A DNA stretch of 64,000 bases, taken from an uncultured Chloroflexia bacterium (GTDB lineage Bacteria; Chloroflexota; Limnocylindria; Limnocylindrales; CSP1-4). Every line of letters starts with the position of its first letter. Positions within the stretch are counted from its first letter, which is position 1. The notes below the pieces were generated by a model. That model made no database searches. It saw nothing but the letters and a program-made list of their open reading frames with translations, and had not been told where the DNA came from. Positions 37,434 through 47,635 of the stretch are shown piece after piece. Position numbers and translations under genes: made by a program. Where the stretch lies: the NCBI GenBank assembly GCA_963746845.1, contig CAVVCZ010000001.1, positions 64,001-128,000 on the forward strand, given 5' to 3'.

Positions 37434-38569
37434 GCAGCCGCGGGCGAGGCCGCCATCGCGACGATGGCCTCGTCCCGGCGCTCGCGCAGGCCGACGACGA
37501 AGACCGCCAGGAGCGCGACCCAGAACACGATCGGGTAGATGGCCGCCGGGAGGTTGACGAACAGCGTCGCCGCCGAGGTGACCAGCGGGATGGCGACGGC
37601 CCACCACCGGCGGCGCTCGAGGAGCCAGGCGACCGGCAGCAGGAGCAGCATCGCGTAATGGTCCCAGAGGACCGGCGAGAGCAGCTGGCTCGCGACGATC
37701 GTGACGAGGAGCGAGGCGTCGGCCGGGGTCCGCAGCGCGGCGACGATGACGACGGCGACGACCAGCACGGAGCTCGCGAGCTGGATTGCGGTCGCGGCGC
37801 CGACCGGGACGCCCGCCTGGTACGCCGCGGCGCCGGGCGTGAAGTTGTGCGGGGTCGTGATCGGGTCGCTGACGTTGCGGATCAGCGCGACGTAGTCCTG
37901 CCACATCCCGATCCCGCCGAGCAGGACCGTGGCCGCGGCCGCCGCGGCGAGGAGGATCGCCGCCCCGACGAGCACCGCCTGCAGACGCCGGGTGAGCAGC
38001 GCCCAGACGAGGATCAGCCCGGGCTGGATCTTCACGATCGCGCCGAGCGCACCCGCGGCACCCACGGCCAGCGGGCGATCGAGCCAACGCCAGCCGATGG
38101 CGAACAGGAGGAGCAGGAGCGGCCCCACCTGGCCGAGCTTCAGGGCGTAGGCGACGGGCCACGACAGGCCGGCGAGGAGCAGCGTGGTCCAGCGGATCGT
38201 GGGACGAACCGGCATGAGCGCGATCCCGCCGACCAGCATCGTGACGGACAGGCCGATCCAGGTCCAGGTGGCGACGGTCGGCGAGAGGAGACCGAACGGC
38301 AGCACGGCGAGGACGAACGGCGGCGGGTAGTAGAAGAGACCGAACCCACCGGTCTGCTGGACCGTCGGGTCGTAGAGCCGCTCCCCGTCGAGGACCCGTC
38401 CGGCCGCCTGGTGATAGGCGAGGAAGTCGAAGCCGAGCGTGCCCGCCGCCTGCGCCGCGAGGATCACGAGCCCCGAGACGGCCACGAGCGAGCCGATCGC
38501 CAGGATGGGCAGCGCGGCGCGCCCGAGGGCATCGATGTCCAGCCCGCGACGGGCGGTCCGGTCAGCCGT
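37430..38569 (-). CDS. GT87/DUF2029-like membrane glycosyltransferase (possible ACG start)
   Basis: GFDFLAY, FYYPPP, LGQV, VKIQP, SPVLWDHY; SD AGGAG 7 nt before ACG38569; next canonical start GTG38485. Confidence 0.8.
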   Translation of the reverse strand, partial: TADRTARRGLDIDALGRAALPILAIGSLVAVSGLVILAAQAAGTLGFDFLAYHQAAGRVLDGERLYDPTVQQTGGFGLFYYPPPFVLAVLPFGLLSPTVATWTWIGLSVTMLVGGIALMPVRPTIRWTTLLLAGLSWPVAYALKLGQVGPLLLLLFAIGWRWLDRPLAVGAAGALGAIVKIQPGLILVWALLTRRLQAVLVGAAILLAAAAAATVLLGGIGMWQDYVALIRNVSDPITTPHNFTPGAAAYQAGVPVGAATAIQLASSVLVVAVVIVAALRTPADASLLVTIVASQLLSPVLWDHYAMLLLLPVAWLLERRRWWAVAIPLVTSAATLFVNLPAAIYPIVFWVALLAVFVVGLRERRDEAIVAMAASPAAA

Positions 38570-38715
38570 GGATCGTCTCCTGATGCGACGTCGACGAGGC
38601 GAAGTCTAGCCGCGGGCCTCGCCGGGACGCACCCGCCGGATGGTCCTGCCGGCCGGGACCGACCCGGGACCGTGGAGCCCCTCGACGTCCGCCGCCCATC
38701 GGCTAGGGTGGCGCC

Positions 38716-39642
38716 ATGCTGCGCACCGCGAGCTGGCTCGGACTCGTCGCGTTCTCGATCGTCGTGTGGATCGCGGCGTTCCGTGCGTTCGGGTTCGACC
38801 CGACGACGCCCGGCAGCGACGCGTGGAACTACCTCGGCGCCGGTGAGCGGCTGAACGCCGGGCATCCGCTGTACGCCCTCTCGCCGGGCGACCGGCCGAT
38901 CCCGCTGGCACCGCCGTACTGGTCCGTGCCGCTCCTCGCCCCGCCGCCGATCGCCGTCCTGTGGCGCCCACTGGCCCTGCTCGGCGACCCGTCGATGACG
39001 CTCTGGGCCACGGCCGGGCTCGTGACGACGCTCGTGACGGCCGGCTGGCTGCTGGCGGGCGGCGGCCTCCTCGTCGCCGGGATCATCGCGCTCATGGCCG
39101 CGCCGCTCGCGCTGCAGTCTCTTGCAGGGAACGCGAACGGGTTCCTCTTCGCCGCCCTCGTCCTGGCCTGGGTGTGCCGGACGCGGCCGGCCGTCGTCGG
39201 GTCGCTCGTCGCGGCCGCGATCGTCGTCAAGCTGACGCCGGCGCTGCTCCTGATCTGGCTCGCGACCGCGTCGCGCTGGCGGGCGGTCGGCGCGACGGTC
39301 GTCGCGCTCGCGGTGATCGGGGTCGTGTCGCTCGCGGGTGCCGGGATCCAGAATCACCTCGACTGGATCGCCTCGATCCCGCTGGCCGCGCCCGCGCCGA
39401 CGTCCCTGGCGGGGATCACCGGCCTCCCGTCAACCGTGATCCTCGCGATCGCGGCGGTCGTCGTGCTCGTCGTCGGGCGGCGCGGCGACGAGCGGCTCAC
39501 GTTCAGCGTCGCGGTCGCCGCCGTCGCGCTGGCCTCGCCGGCCCTGTACCTCGGGACCCTCGGCATTGCCGCCGCCGCCGCCGCGCCGTGGATCGGCGAG
39601 CGCCGTTCGGTCGCCGCAAGCCTCCGGACACGAACCACATGA
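38716..39642 (+). CDS. GT87/DUF2029-like membrane glycosyltransferase
   Basis: SDAWNYLGAGERLNAG, APPP, GNAN, VKLTP. Confidence 0.72.
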   Translation: MLRTASWLGLVAFSIVVWIAAFRAFGFDPTTPGSDAWNYLGAGERLNAGHPLYALSPGDRPIPLAPPYWSVPLLAPPPIAVLWRPLALLGDPSMTLWATAGLVTTLVTAGWLLAGGGLLVAGIIALMAAPLALQSLAGNANGFLFAALVLAWVCRTRPAVVGSLVAAAIVVKLTPALLLIWLATASRWRAVGATVVALAVIGVVSLAGAGIQNHLDWIASIPLAAPAPTSLAGITGLPSTVILAIAAVVVLVVGRRGDERLTFSVAVAAVALASPALYLGTLGIAAAAAAPWIGERRSVAASLRTRTT

Positions 39643-40460
39643 CGGACGACGCCGCGGACCGCGTCGCCGCGCCGGGGATCCCGGCTCCCACGATCCCCGC
39701 GCCCGCCCGGACCTTCGACCGCGACCGGCTGGTCCGGGTCCTCGCGCTCGTCCTCTCGGGCATCCTCGTCGTCGCGATCGCCCTCGAGGTCGTCGAGATC
39801 GTCACGAACCTCGACCGCCTCGCCTTCCCGCTCGACGGGGACCGGGTGCTGTACATGGACGCCGCCCGGAGCTGGCTCAACGGGACCGGCTTCTACCACG
39901 ACTACCAGCTCGCCGGGCCCTATCCGGTCCGCTCGGGCGACATCCTCTATCCGCCGCCGATGCTGCTCGTCTTCGCCCCGCTCGCGGCGATCCCGGAGCC
40001 GCTCTCGGCGGTGCTGTATTACGCGATCCCGCTCGGGATCACGCTCGCCGCGGTCGTCCGGCTGCGGCCGGCGATCGTCGGCTGGCCGGCGATCCTCTTC
40101 TGCCTGTGGTGGCCGACGACGATCGTCGTGATCGCCGGCGGCAACCCGGGGATCTGGCTGATGGCGTTCATGGCCCTCGGCACGCTCTGGCGGCCGCTGT
40201 CGGTGCTCGTGTTCCTCAAGCCCACGCTCGCCCCGTTCGCGTTCTTCGGCGCGAACCGGCGCTCGTGGTGGGTCGCGCTCGGCGCGCTCGGGCTCGTGTC
40301 GCTGCTGTTCCTGCCGATGTGGCCCGATTACTTCCGCGCGGTCCTGAACGCCCAGGGCGGCGGCGGGATCTTCTACTCGATCGGTCAGGCGCCGATGCTG
40401 TTCCTGCCGCTCGCGGCCTGGGCGACATCGACGCGGCGGAGGTCCACGCCACCGCGCTGA
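39639..40460 (+). CDS. GT87/DUF2029-like membrane glycosyltransferase
   Basis: DRVLY, ILYPPP, GGNP, LKPT; ATGA overlap; resembles 12215-13024. Confidence 0.7.
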   Translation: MTDDAADRVAAPGIPAPTIPAPARTFDRDRLVRVLALVLSGILVVAIALEVVEIVTNLDRLAFPLDGDRVLYMDAARSWLNGTGFYHDYQLAGPYPVRSGDILYPPPMLLVFAPLAAIPEPLSAVLYYAIPLGITLAAVVRLRPAIVGWPAILFCLWWPTTIVVIAGGNPGIWLMAFMALGTLWRPLSVLVFLKPTLAPFAFFGANRRSWWVALGALGLVSLLFLPMWPDYFRAVLNAQGGGGIFYSIGQAPMLFLPLAAWATSTRRRSTPPR

Positions 40461-41392
40461 TCGCCGGCGCGCTGATCGCCGGCGGCGACGCGGGCCCGGT
40501 CGCGGGCGCGATCCTCGCGCCACAGCGGGATCGCCGCGACGAGCAGCGCCAACCCGTGGAACCAGATGATCGGAAGGCTGATCGTCGCCGCGACCGGCAC
40601 GACCCAGCGGCGATCCGTCCGCGCGCCCCACCAGACGAGCGCGATCGCGACCGCCATCCGGATCGGCAGCGGGATCGGGACCGGGTATGGATGGCCCGGG
40701 TCGTAGTCGAGGTTGTTCACCATCGTCGAGACGTACTGGCGCCACAGCTCGGGCGCGAGCGCGTAGCTGACGGCGACGATCACGATCGTCCCGACGACGG
40801 CGATCCCGAACGCTCGCCACTCGCGACGGAACGCGAACCACAGCGCGCCGACGCCCGGTGACACCTTCGTCAGGACGATGAACGCCCAGGCCATCGGGTA
40901 GCGGAAGCCGACGATGATCGCCACCGCCATGAACAAGTGGATGTTGCCGTGATAGAGCTCGAGCGGGATCGGCGGGAACGCCAGCAGGACGAGCCACGTC
41001 CGGCCCGTCATCCAGATCAGCGCGCCGATCATCGCGGCGAAGTACAGGGCGAAGAACAGCTCCCACGGCAGGACGCCGAAGACGGAGAACGCCTGGCCGG
41101 CGGCGGGCGTGTACCGGAACGCGTCCAGGTCCGACGTGTTGCCGGTGGAGTTCCCGTACAGGTTCGTCAGGTCGACCGCCCAGTACGCGTGGGCGTCGAA
41201 CCCGAACATCGAATGGGCCTGGTTGACGACGATGATGTACGGCAGCGAGACCAGCCCGACGATGATCAGGGCGTGGCGCACCGCCCGGAGCCGGGCCGGG
41301 CCGATCCGGGCCGCGAGCGCCTCGAGTCGGGCCGGGACGTCGACGCGACCGAACACTCTCGACCGGTCCGCGGCCGCCTGTCCGCCGGTCAT
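40385..41392 (-). CDS. GT87/DUF2029-like membrane glycosyltransferase
   Basis: GFDAHAYW, FRYTP, HGNI, LTKVSPG. Confidence 0.72.
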   Translation of the reverse strand: MTGGQAAADRSRVFGRVDVPARLEALAARIGPARLRAVRHALIIVGLVSLPYIIVVNQAHSMFGFDAHAYWAVDLTNLYGNSTGNTSDLDAFRYTPAAGQAFSVFGVLPWELFFALYFAAMIGALIWMTGRTWLVLLAFPPIPLELYHGNIHLFMAVAIIVGFRYPMAWAFIVLTKVSPGVGALWFAFRREWRAFGIAVVGTIVIVAVSYALAPELWRQYVSTMVNNLDYDPGHPYPVPIPLPIRMAVAIALVWWGARTDRRWVVPVAATISLPIIWFHGLALLVAAIPLWREDRARDRARVAAGDQRAGDQRGGVDLRRVDVAQAASGRNSIGA

Positions 41393-42195
41393 CCCTCGGC
41401 GGGCCGCGGCGCGCGGCCGAGCCGGCGATGGATCAGCGGGATCCGGAACAGGTCCCACGCGACACGGATGGCGAGGCTCGGCCGCGCACGCATCCGGGAG
41501 CCGCGTCGGTCGGCCCACGTGATCGGCACGACCGCCATCGCGTAGCCGCGCCGGCGAGCGAGGTAGATCAGCTCGACGTCGAACACGATGCTCGTGATCC
41601 GCTGCCGCCCGAACAGGTCGTGGGCGGCGTCGCGCCGGAACCCCTTGAAGCCGCACTGCGTGTCCTGGACCGGGCCCACGACCCACAGCGATGCGAGCAG
41701 GTGGAACGCCTTGCCGAGCAGCCGGCGGTAGCGCGGCTGGCTCTTGCGCATGTCCGATCCGTCCGGCTGGATCCGGCTGCCGAGCGCGACGTCGGCCTCG
41801 CCCAGCGCCGCCACGAGCGGGACCAGCATGTCCGGCGGCGTCGCCATGTCCGCGTCGGCGAAGACGACCAGGTCCGATCCGGCGTGAAGCATCCCGGCCC
41901 GGACCGCGGCGCCCTTGCCGCCATGGGGCACCGTCAGCACCGACAGGATCGCGCCGGACTGGGAATCCTTCGTCTCCGGTCGGGCACGGACGAGGTCGCC
42001 GGTGCCGTCGGTGCTGCCGTCGTCGACGACGAGGACCTCGATCTGGTCGGGCAGGCGTGCCGCGCCCGGCGCCCCGTCGCGGGCCGATTCGCCGCGGCGT
42101 CGGAGATACCCGAACAGCTCGTCCAGGGCAGGCTCGATCCGCCCGGCCTCGTCGAAGGCGGGCAGGACGATCGTCAGCGTCGGGGACGGACCCAT
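41389..42195 (-). CDS. GT2 polyprenyl-phosphate glucosyltransferase (ALG5-like)
   Basis: VLPAFDE, VDDGSTD, GKGAAVR, FADADMAT, DTQCGFK, FDVE. Confidence 0.88.
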   Translation of the reverse strand: MGPSPTLTIVLPAFDEAGRIEPALDELFGYLRRRGESARDGAPGAARLPDQIEVLVVDDGSTDGTGDLVRARPETKDSQSGAILSVLTVPHGGKGAAVRAGMLHAGSDLVVFADADMATPPDMLVPLVAALGEADVALGSRIQPDGSDMRKSQPRYRRLLGKAFHLLASLWVVGPVQDTQCGFKGFRRDAAHDLFGRQRITSIVFDVELIYLARRRGYAMAVVPITWADRRGSRMRARPSLAIRVAWDLFRIPLIHRRLGRAPRPAEG

Positions 42196-42225
42196 CGCCG
42201 GCAGTCTAGGTCCCGGATGCACGTC

Positions 42226-43779
42226 TCAGGGGGAGACGATCGCACCGTTCGGGTCATCCATCTGGTGCAGTTCGAACTCGTCGGCGGCGTTGAACATGTA
42301 CGACCCGGCGGGGTCGACCCGCGGGAACGTCGTCCCGAGCACGGGGTTCAGGAGGTCCGGGAACACGTTCACGAGCTCCTCGTCGTCCGGGAGCGGATGA
42401 GCCTCACCCGGCACGCGCGCCGCGAGCAGGGGCAGGAAGCGGAGACGCGGGTCGCCGGGCATCGCGCCGACCCACGATCCGTGGTCGCCGAAGACGAGGA
42501 TCACCGGCGGGACGGCCGCCACGTGGTCGATGGCGTCGATCTCGTCGAGGAGCGGCCCCTGGAGGTACTCGACCGATCCCGCGTAGCCGGCCTTCAGCTG
42601 GTCCTCGGTCAGGCCCGTCTGGACCGGGTCGTCGGCGTACAGGGCGCGGATGTCCGGCACGGTCCGCGGGCTGCCGTCGGCGTTGAACACCCAGGGCGGA
42701 TGAGGGCTCGGGATGTGGTCGAAGATGAACCGCGGGTGGCCCGGGTTCTCGGCCGCGAGCTCGCCGAGCGCCGCGAAGTTCGCCGTGATCCGGCTGCGCG
42801 CCGACTGGCTCGCGAAGTCGGGCGCGACCGCGTTGAGCACGTCGCCGAACACGGTTCGCCGGAGCATCCCGACCTCGACCTCGTTCAGGGCCGCCCCGGT
42901 CGTGATGAACCGGTCGGCCTCGCGGAGGTTGACCTCGGCGAAGCCCGACGAGATCCCGACGATCTCGTAGCCGCGCTCGTGGAGGGCGGCGAACAGGGGG
43001 TTGTCGATGACGACCCGGTGGGTGATCGCGGCCTCGGCCTGGACGTCCCCGCCGTCGAGGAGCGGCTGGAGCGCCGGGATGTCCTGGAGCAGGCGCATGT
43101 TGAACATTGACATCAGGACCTCGACGGTCGTCGGGTAGTTCGTCACGGCCCTCGAGGACACGCTGAGCCCGCGATCGGCGAGCCGGCCGAGGAATCCGCT
43201 CTCGTCGACGTCGAAGACCTGCCGGAGCGCATCCGCCCGGGCATAGCCGTCGAGGAGGATCACGTAGATGTCCGGGGTCGCGGGTGACGTGACGCCGGTG
43301 AAGGTCCGTGCGGCCCGCAGCGGCGGCTCGTTCGTCAGCGAGCGGCCGATCACGGCCACCGCACCAAGTTGGACGGCCTGGACCACGATCAGGAGGCAGA
43401 GCAGCAAGGCGAAGACCCGCGAGATCCGTCCGATCTGCGGCCACGACACCCGGACATGACCGTGCAACACGCGACCGTCGACGAACAGGACGACAACCAG
43501 AAGGCCGACCGCGAGGACGAGCCGCGGGTCCCCGCCGATGAGGGCGACCATCGTCATGAACGCGGCCAACGCGGCGCGATCCCGATCGCCCAGCACCACC
43601 CGCATGACGACCGACACGACGATCCCGAGCAGCAGGACGGCGATGAGCGCGCGGAACGACACCCAGAAGCCGACGCCGTTGATCGCGACCAGCTGCAGGA
43701 ACAGCGCCAGGCCGACGACGACCGGGTAGACGGGCACGTCGGAGCGGGGCCGCCATCGTGCGACGGAGCGGTCCGTCAC
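42226..43779 (-). CDS. membrane-anchored sulfatase/alkaline-phosphatase-fold protein
   Basis: N-terminal TMs; PDIYVILLDGY, NYPTT, H..SPHPP, FGDHG. Confidence 0.72.
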   Translation of the reverse strand: MTDRSVARWRPRSDVPVYPVVVGLALFLQLVAINGVGFWVSFRALIAVLLLGIVVSVVMRVVLGDRDRAALAAFMTMVALIGGDPRLVLAVGLLVVVLFVDGRVLHGHVRVSWPQIGRISRVFALLLCLLIVVQAVQLGAVAVIGRSLTNEPPLRAARTFTGVTSPATPDIYVILLDGYARADALRQVFDVDESGFLGRLADRGLSVSSRAVTNYPTTVEVLMSMFNMRLLQDIPALQPLLDGGDVQAEAAITHRVVIDNPLFAALHERGYEIVGISSGFAEVNLREADRFITTGAALNEVEVGMLRRTVFGDVLNAVAPDFASQSARSRITANFAALGELAAENPGHPRFIFDHIPSPHPPWVFNADGSPRTVPDIRALYADDPVQTGLTEDQLKAGYAGSVEYLQGPLLDEIDAIDHVAAVPPVILVFGDHGSWVGAMPGDPRLRFLPLLAARVPGEAHPLPDDEELVNVFPDLLNPVLGTTFPRVDPAGSYMFNAADEFELHQMDDPNGAIVSP

Positions 43780-45221
43780 GGCCGCCGCGTCATGCGCAGG
43801 AGGATCCGGCCCGTGCCCGGGATCGGGCGCTCGTCGACGATGGCGTAGCGTCGCTCGAAGGCGGCGCGGAACTCGTCGAGGTGATAGTCGCGGAAGACGT
43901 CCTCGCGGGTCGCCAGCAGCCGGCGCACCATCGGGTCGTCGCGGCCGACCCATTCGATGACCAGGTCCGGGGCCAGGGTCGCGAGGAAGTCGGCCAGCCG
44001 GCCGAGCGGGACGTTCCGCCCGATCGCGAGATGGTGCACGAGCGCGAGGGCGAGGAGGACGTCCGCGTCGGCGCGGTCCACGAGCGAACGGCGTTCGGCG
44101 AGCGCCCAGCCCATGGACCCGCTGGGGTTCGCGAGATCCGTGAGGAGCGGCAGGACGGCGGTCGCTCTCCGTTCCCGGATCGTCCGGAAGTGGCGCTCGA
44201 CCGCAGCCGGGTCCGCGTCCCATGCGACGACCCGCCGACGGAGGTCCGCGGCGATCGCGCTGTGCCGTCCGACGTTCGCCCCGAAATCCCACACGACGCT
44301 TCCGCCCGCGTCGGCGAGCATCGTCCGGACGAGGACGTCCTTGCCCGCGGCCGCCGTTCGTGCGGCGTCGTCCGTGGCGTCCCGCGCCTCGTAGTCGGCC
44401 CACTCGGTGCCCGCCGGCGTCCAGTCGAGCGCCTCGACCGTGCGGCGCAGGCTGTCGAGCAGCGCCTCGCCGCCCAGCTTTCCGACCGACGCCCGGCGCA
44501 CCTCCGCCGCGGCCGTCTCACCGCCCGATGCGTGCGTCCGCTGCGCTCGCGCATGCAGGTGGAGGTGGGCGCTCAGGCCCGGGTTGAGGCGGGTCCGCCC
44601 GGGCAGGAGACCGGCCGCGAGGTCCAGTGGGATCCCGTCGAGATGGCTGCGGAGGAGCCCACCCAGTCGCACGTCGCGTCGGGCCATGAGGGCGAGCGGC
44701 GCCAGGAAGTGCTCGCAGAACTGGCGATAGGCGGGCCACGGCGCACCGGGCTCGGCCGGGGCCAGCGACAGCGTGTCGACGAGGATCGGCCGCCCGTTCT
44801 GGTAGAGGACGTTGTAGGCGCTTGCATCCCGCAGCGTGAACCCCGCGGCCACGGCCTCGGCCTGGATGTCGAGGGTCAGGAGCGCCGCGTCCCGGAGCAT
44901 CCCGAACGACCACTCGTACGGATAGGAGACGAACTCGACCTCGAGCGGACGGATGACCGCGTGGGCGCGATCGGCGTCGGCGGCGAGCTCGAGCGCGACG
45001 GGCTCGTGGGGGATCAGCCGGCCGGCGGCCTGGAGGCGATCGAGCAGGCCGTCCGCGACCACTCGATCCCAGCGCTCGCCGAACGATCGATCGACCTGGC
45101 GGAGGAGGATCCCGTCGCGACGGTACATGAAGCCGGCCGGGTCGCGGAACGACGACGGCTCTGGCTGGACGACGGAGTCGACGGCCGGGTCGCGAACGGT
45201 GGGGTCGGCGGCGGCCGTCAA
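43776..45221 (-). CDS. NoeA-like SAM-dependent methyltransferase
   Basis: SFRDPAG, SYPYEW, DASAYN, AYRQFCEHFLAPL, DFGANVG, LALALVHHL. Confidence 0.8.
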   Translation of the reverse strand: MTAAADPTVRDPAVDSVVQPEPSSFRDPAGFMYRRDGILLRQVDRSFGERWDRVVADGLLDRLQAAGRLIPHEPVALELAADADRAHAVIRPLEVEFVSYPYEWSFGMLRDAALLTLDIQAEAVAAGFTLRDASAYNVLYQNGRPILVDTLSLAPAEPGAPWPAYRQFCEHFLAPLALMARRDVRLGGLLRSHLDGIPLDLAAGLLPGRTRLNPGLSAHLHLHARAQRTHASGGETAAAEVRRASVGKLGGEALLDSLRRTVEALDWTPAGTEWADYEARDATDDAARTAAAGKDVLVRTMLADAGGSVVWDFGANVGRHSAIAADLRRRVVAWDADPAAVERHFRTIRERRATAVLPLLTDLANPSGSMGWALAERRSLVDRADADVLLALALVHHLAIGRNVPLGRLADFLATLAPDLVIEWVGRDDPMVRRLLATREDVFRDYHLDEFRAAFERRYAIVDERPIPGTGRILLRMTRRP

Positions 45222-45235
45222 GCCTTCGATCGGGC

Positions 45236-45421
45236 TCAGTTGGCGTGGTCGGCGCGGTGATCGGTCCGAGCCGATCGGCCGCCGAGACGTCCGATCGAGC
45301 GCACCGCGCGGGCGATCTGGCGACGGAGGACGTAGGGGATCGCGAGCAGCGCTGCGAGGGTCGCCTGGATGACCATGCTGCCGGCGCCGGGGTCGATGTA
45401 CGCGACGAACCAGTGATCCAT
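45236..45421 (-). CDS. small membrane protein with AYIDPGxGS motif
   Basis: 61 aa: AYIDPGAGS, TM helix, basic tail; SD AAGGA. Confidence 0.7.
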   Translation of the reverse strand: MDHWFVAYIDPGAGSMVIQATLAALLAIPYVLRRQIARAVRSIGRLGGRSARTDHRADHAN

Positions 45422-45572
45422 CTGTCTGTCGAGTTCCTTGTCGATCGCGCGTCCGCCCCGTCAGCGCAACGAGATGCTACTGCACCGCACGTTCGGGGTC
45501 GTTTCGTTCGCGGCGGAATCTCCCATCCGCCGGCATCGGGGCCGAATGACCCGAAGGTCCCGGCACGCTCGA

Positions 45573-46766
45573 TCAATCGCCGATCGAATCCTCCCGGCTT
45601 GCCCGGATTGCCGCGAGAACCAGCCCGATGGCGACCCAGACGAGCGGCAGGAATGCGATCGCGACGGCGGCGACCAGCAGTGCCCCGGCGATCAGCGCCC
45701 GGACGCGCCCGAACGCCGGGCCGCCATGGCTTCGGAGGAGCGCCGCCAGCCCGAACGGCACCATCGCCGACGGGTAGTGGAACCAGGTGACCGGCAGCGT
45801 TGCCAGCGAGGCCGCGGCGGCCCAGCCGAAGCGCTCGACGGGATCGCCGCCCCGGCGGCCGGCAATGATCGAGAGGGCGAGCACGGCGAGCGTCACCGCG
45901 ATCTGGGCAATCCGAGCGAACCGGTCGTCCGCGCCGATGAGCAGCGCGAGCTGCGCCGCGGGGCCGGCGTTGCGCGGATCGACGAGGTCGGCGTTGCTCC
46001 CGGCGCGGACGACGGCGACGTAGTCCGTCCAGGGGCTCAGCCCCCCGACGGCGAGGCTGACCGCGAGGAGCGCCACGCCGACGAGAACGGCGACGGCCAG
46101 CGCCCGGGCGCTCGCCCGGTCGCCACCGATGGTCCGCGTCCCGAACCAGACGCCGAGCGACGCCGGATGGAGCTTGGCGATCGACGCCGTCGCGAGGGCC
46201 AGCCCGCCGGCACGCTGCGACCCGACGGTCGTGCCCGGGGCCACCGCGAGGAGCATCGCCCCGTACAGGAGCGGGAAGAAGACATCGAGGTTGCCGAACA
46301 GCAGCCCGATCGCGAACGGGAAGCAGAGCGGGGCCAACGCGACCACCGGCACGACGACCGAGCGCGTCGGAAGGTCGGGGGCGAACCGCCGGCCGAGGGC
46401 CGCGGCGACCGCGGCGAGACCGGCGACCGCGGCGACGCTCCAGGCCAGGAACATCACCGGCGAGGGGATCGGCGCGAAGAGGGCCATCGCCTGGGCGATG
46501 ACCGGCGGGTACGAGTAGAACAGGCTCTCGGCAACCGGCGCGCCGCCCGCGACGAGCGCCGGGTCGTACGGCGACCGGCCGGCCGCGACGTCCCGGCCCG
46601 CGCGGAGGAGCAGCTCCAGGTCGAAGCCGGCCTTCGGTGGCGTCGCCGCATACAGCGTCGCCCCGATCCACAGCAGCCCGAGCCAGCCGACGATCCCGAG
46701 GATCAGGAGCGCGCCGCTCGCGAGCGACCGGCTGGCGGCGGGCCGGATCGTCAGCTCGTCGGTCAT
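45573..46766 (-). CDS. GT87/DUF2029-like membrane glycosyltransferase
   Basis: GFDLEL, YSYPP, FGN, AKLHP, WFHY. Confidence 0.78.
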   Translation of the reverse strand: MTDELTIRPAASRSLASGALLILGIVGWLGLLWIGATLYAATPPKAGFDLELLLRAGRDVAAGRSPYDPALVAGGAPVAESLFYSYPPVIAQAMALFAPIPSPVMFLAWSVAAVAGLAAVAAALGRRFAPDLPTRSVVVPVVALAPLCFPFAIGLLFGNLDVFFPLLYGAMLLAVAPGTTVGSQRAGGLALATASIAKLHPASLGVWFGTRTIGGDRASARALAVAVLVGVALLAVSLAVGGLSPWTDYVAVVRAGSNADLVDPRNAGPAAQLALLIGADDRFARIAQIAVTLAVLALSIIAGRRGGDPVERFGWAAAASLATLPVTWFHYPSAMVPFGLAALLRSHGGPAFGRVRALIAGALLVAAVAIAFLPLVWVAIGLVLAAIRASREDSIGD

Positions 46767-47635
46767 CGGTCGTCCGGATCGCGGGCGGCGGCGACGAGGC
46801 TCGACAGCTGGTACAGGAGGAGGCGCGGCGACGCCAGGACGGACAGGGTCACCGCCGCCGCCCAGCCGTAGGGACGCGGGGCGGCCCAGATCGCGAACGC
46901 CGTGCCGCCGACGACGAGCACGGCCCACAGCGCCGGCGAGATGGCATACGGCGACAGGGACACGACGCTACCGACCTGGTCGAGCCGGAGGAACGACAGG
47001 TAGGCGATCGTGTCCGCCGGGGCGAGCACCAGCTGGAAGGCGATCAGACCCGCCATGCATGCCGCGAGCCAGCCGAGGGCGCGCCAGTCGCGCCGGCCCA
47101 GCCACCACACGGCGGCGAGGATCGGGAAGACCTTGAGGTTCGCGGCCAGGGCGATGGCCCAGGGCATGCCGAGCGACAGCAGGAGCGTGACCGCGACCTG
47201 CGCCTGGCCGATCACGAGGCTCCAGCCGGTCGGCAGCGCGAGGGCGCAGACGAGGAACAGGCTGCGCGGCCGGCGCAGGTCCAGCCGGATCAGCGTGGCC
47301 ACGAGCATCAGGACCAGGAGTCCCATCCAGATGGTCGCGGCGACCCCGAACGGGAGCAGCGCCAGCGGCCGGAAGAGGATCGCCAGGAGCGGCGGGTACC
47401 GGTAGAACGCGGCCTCATCGACGCCCGCCGGCTGGTCGTAGAGCGGCTGGCCGGCGTTGAGCCGGGCCCCCGCGTCGTAGTAGGCGTGGACGTCCGCCAG
47501 GGGATCGCTCAGGAGATGGAGGACCACGGTCTCGACGCCGAGGGCGATCCCGACGAGCATCGCCAGGCGGAGGACGAGGCGGACCCGAGGCGTCGCCCAG
47601 ACGGTCGGACGACCCGAGCGGATGTCGCTGGTCAC
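46763..47635 (-). CDS. GT87/DUF2029-like membrane glycosyltransferase
   Basis: ADVHAYY.AG.RLN, YRYPP, IGQ, LKVFP. Confidence 0.78.
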   Translation of the reverse strand: MTSDIRSGRPTVWATPRVRLVLRLAMLVGIALGVETVVLHLLSDPLADVHAYYDAGARLNAGQPLYDQPAGVDEAAFYRYPPLLAILFRPLALLPFGVAATIWMGLLVLMLVATLIRLDLRRPRSLFLVCALALPTGWSLVIGQAQVAVTLLLSLGMPWAIALAANLKVFPILAAVWWLGRRDWRALGWLAACMAGLIAFQLVLAPADTIAYLSFLRLDQVGSVVSLSPYAISPALWAVLVVGGTAFAIWAAPRPYGWAAAVTLSVLASPRLLLYQLSSLVAAARDPDDR

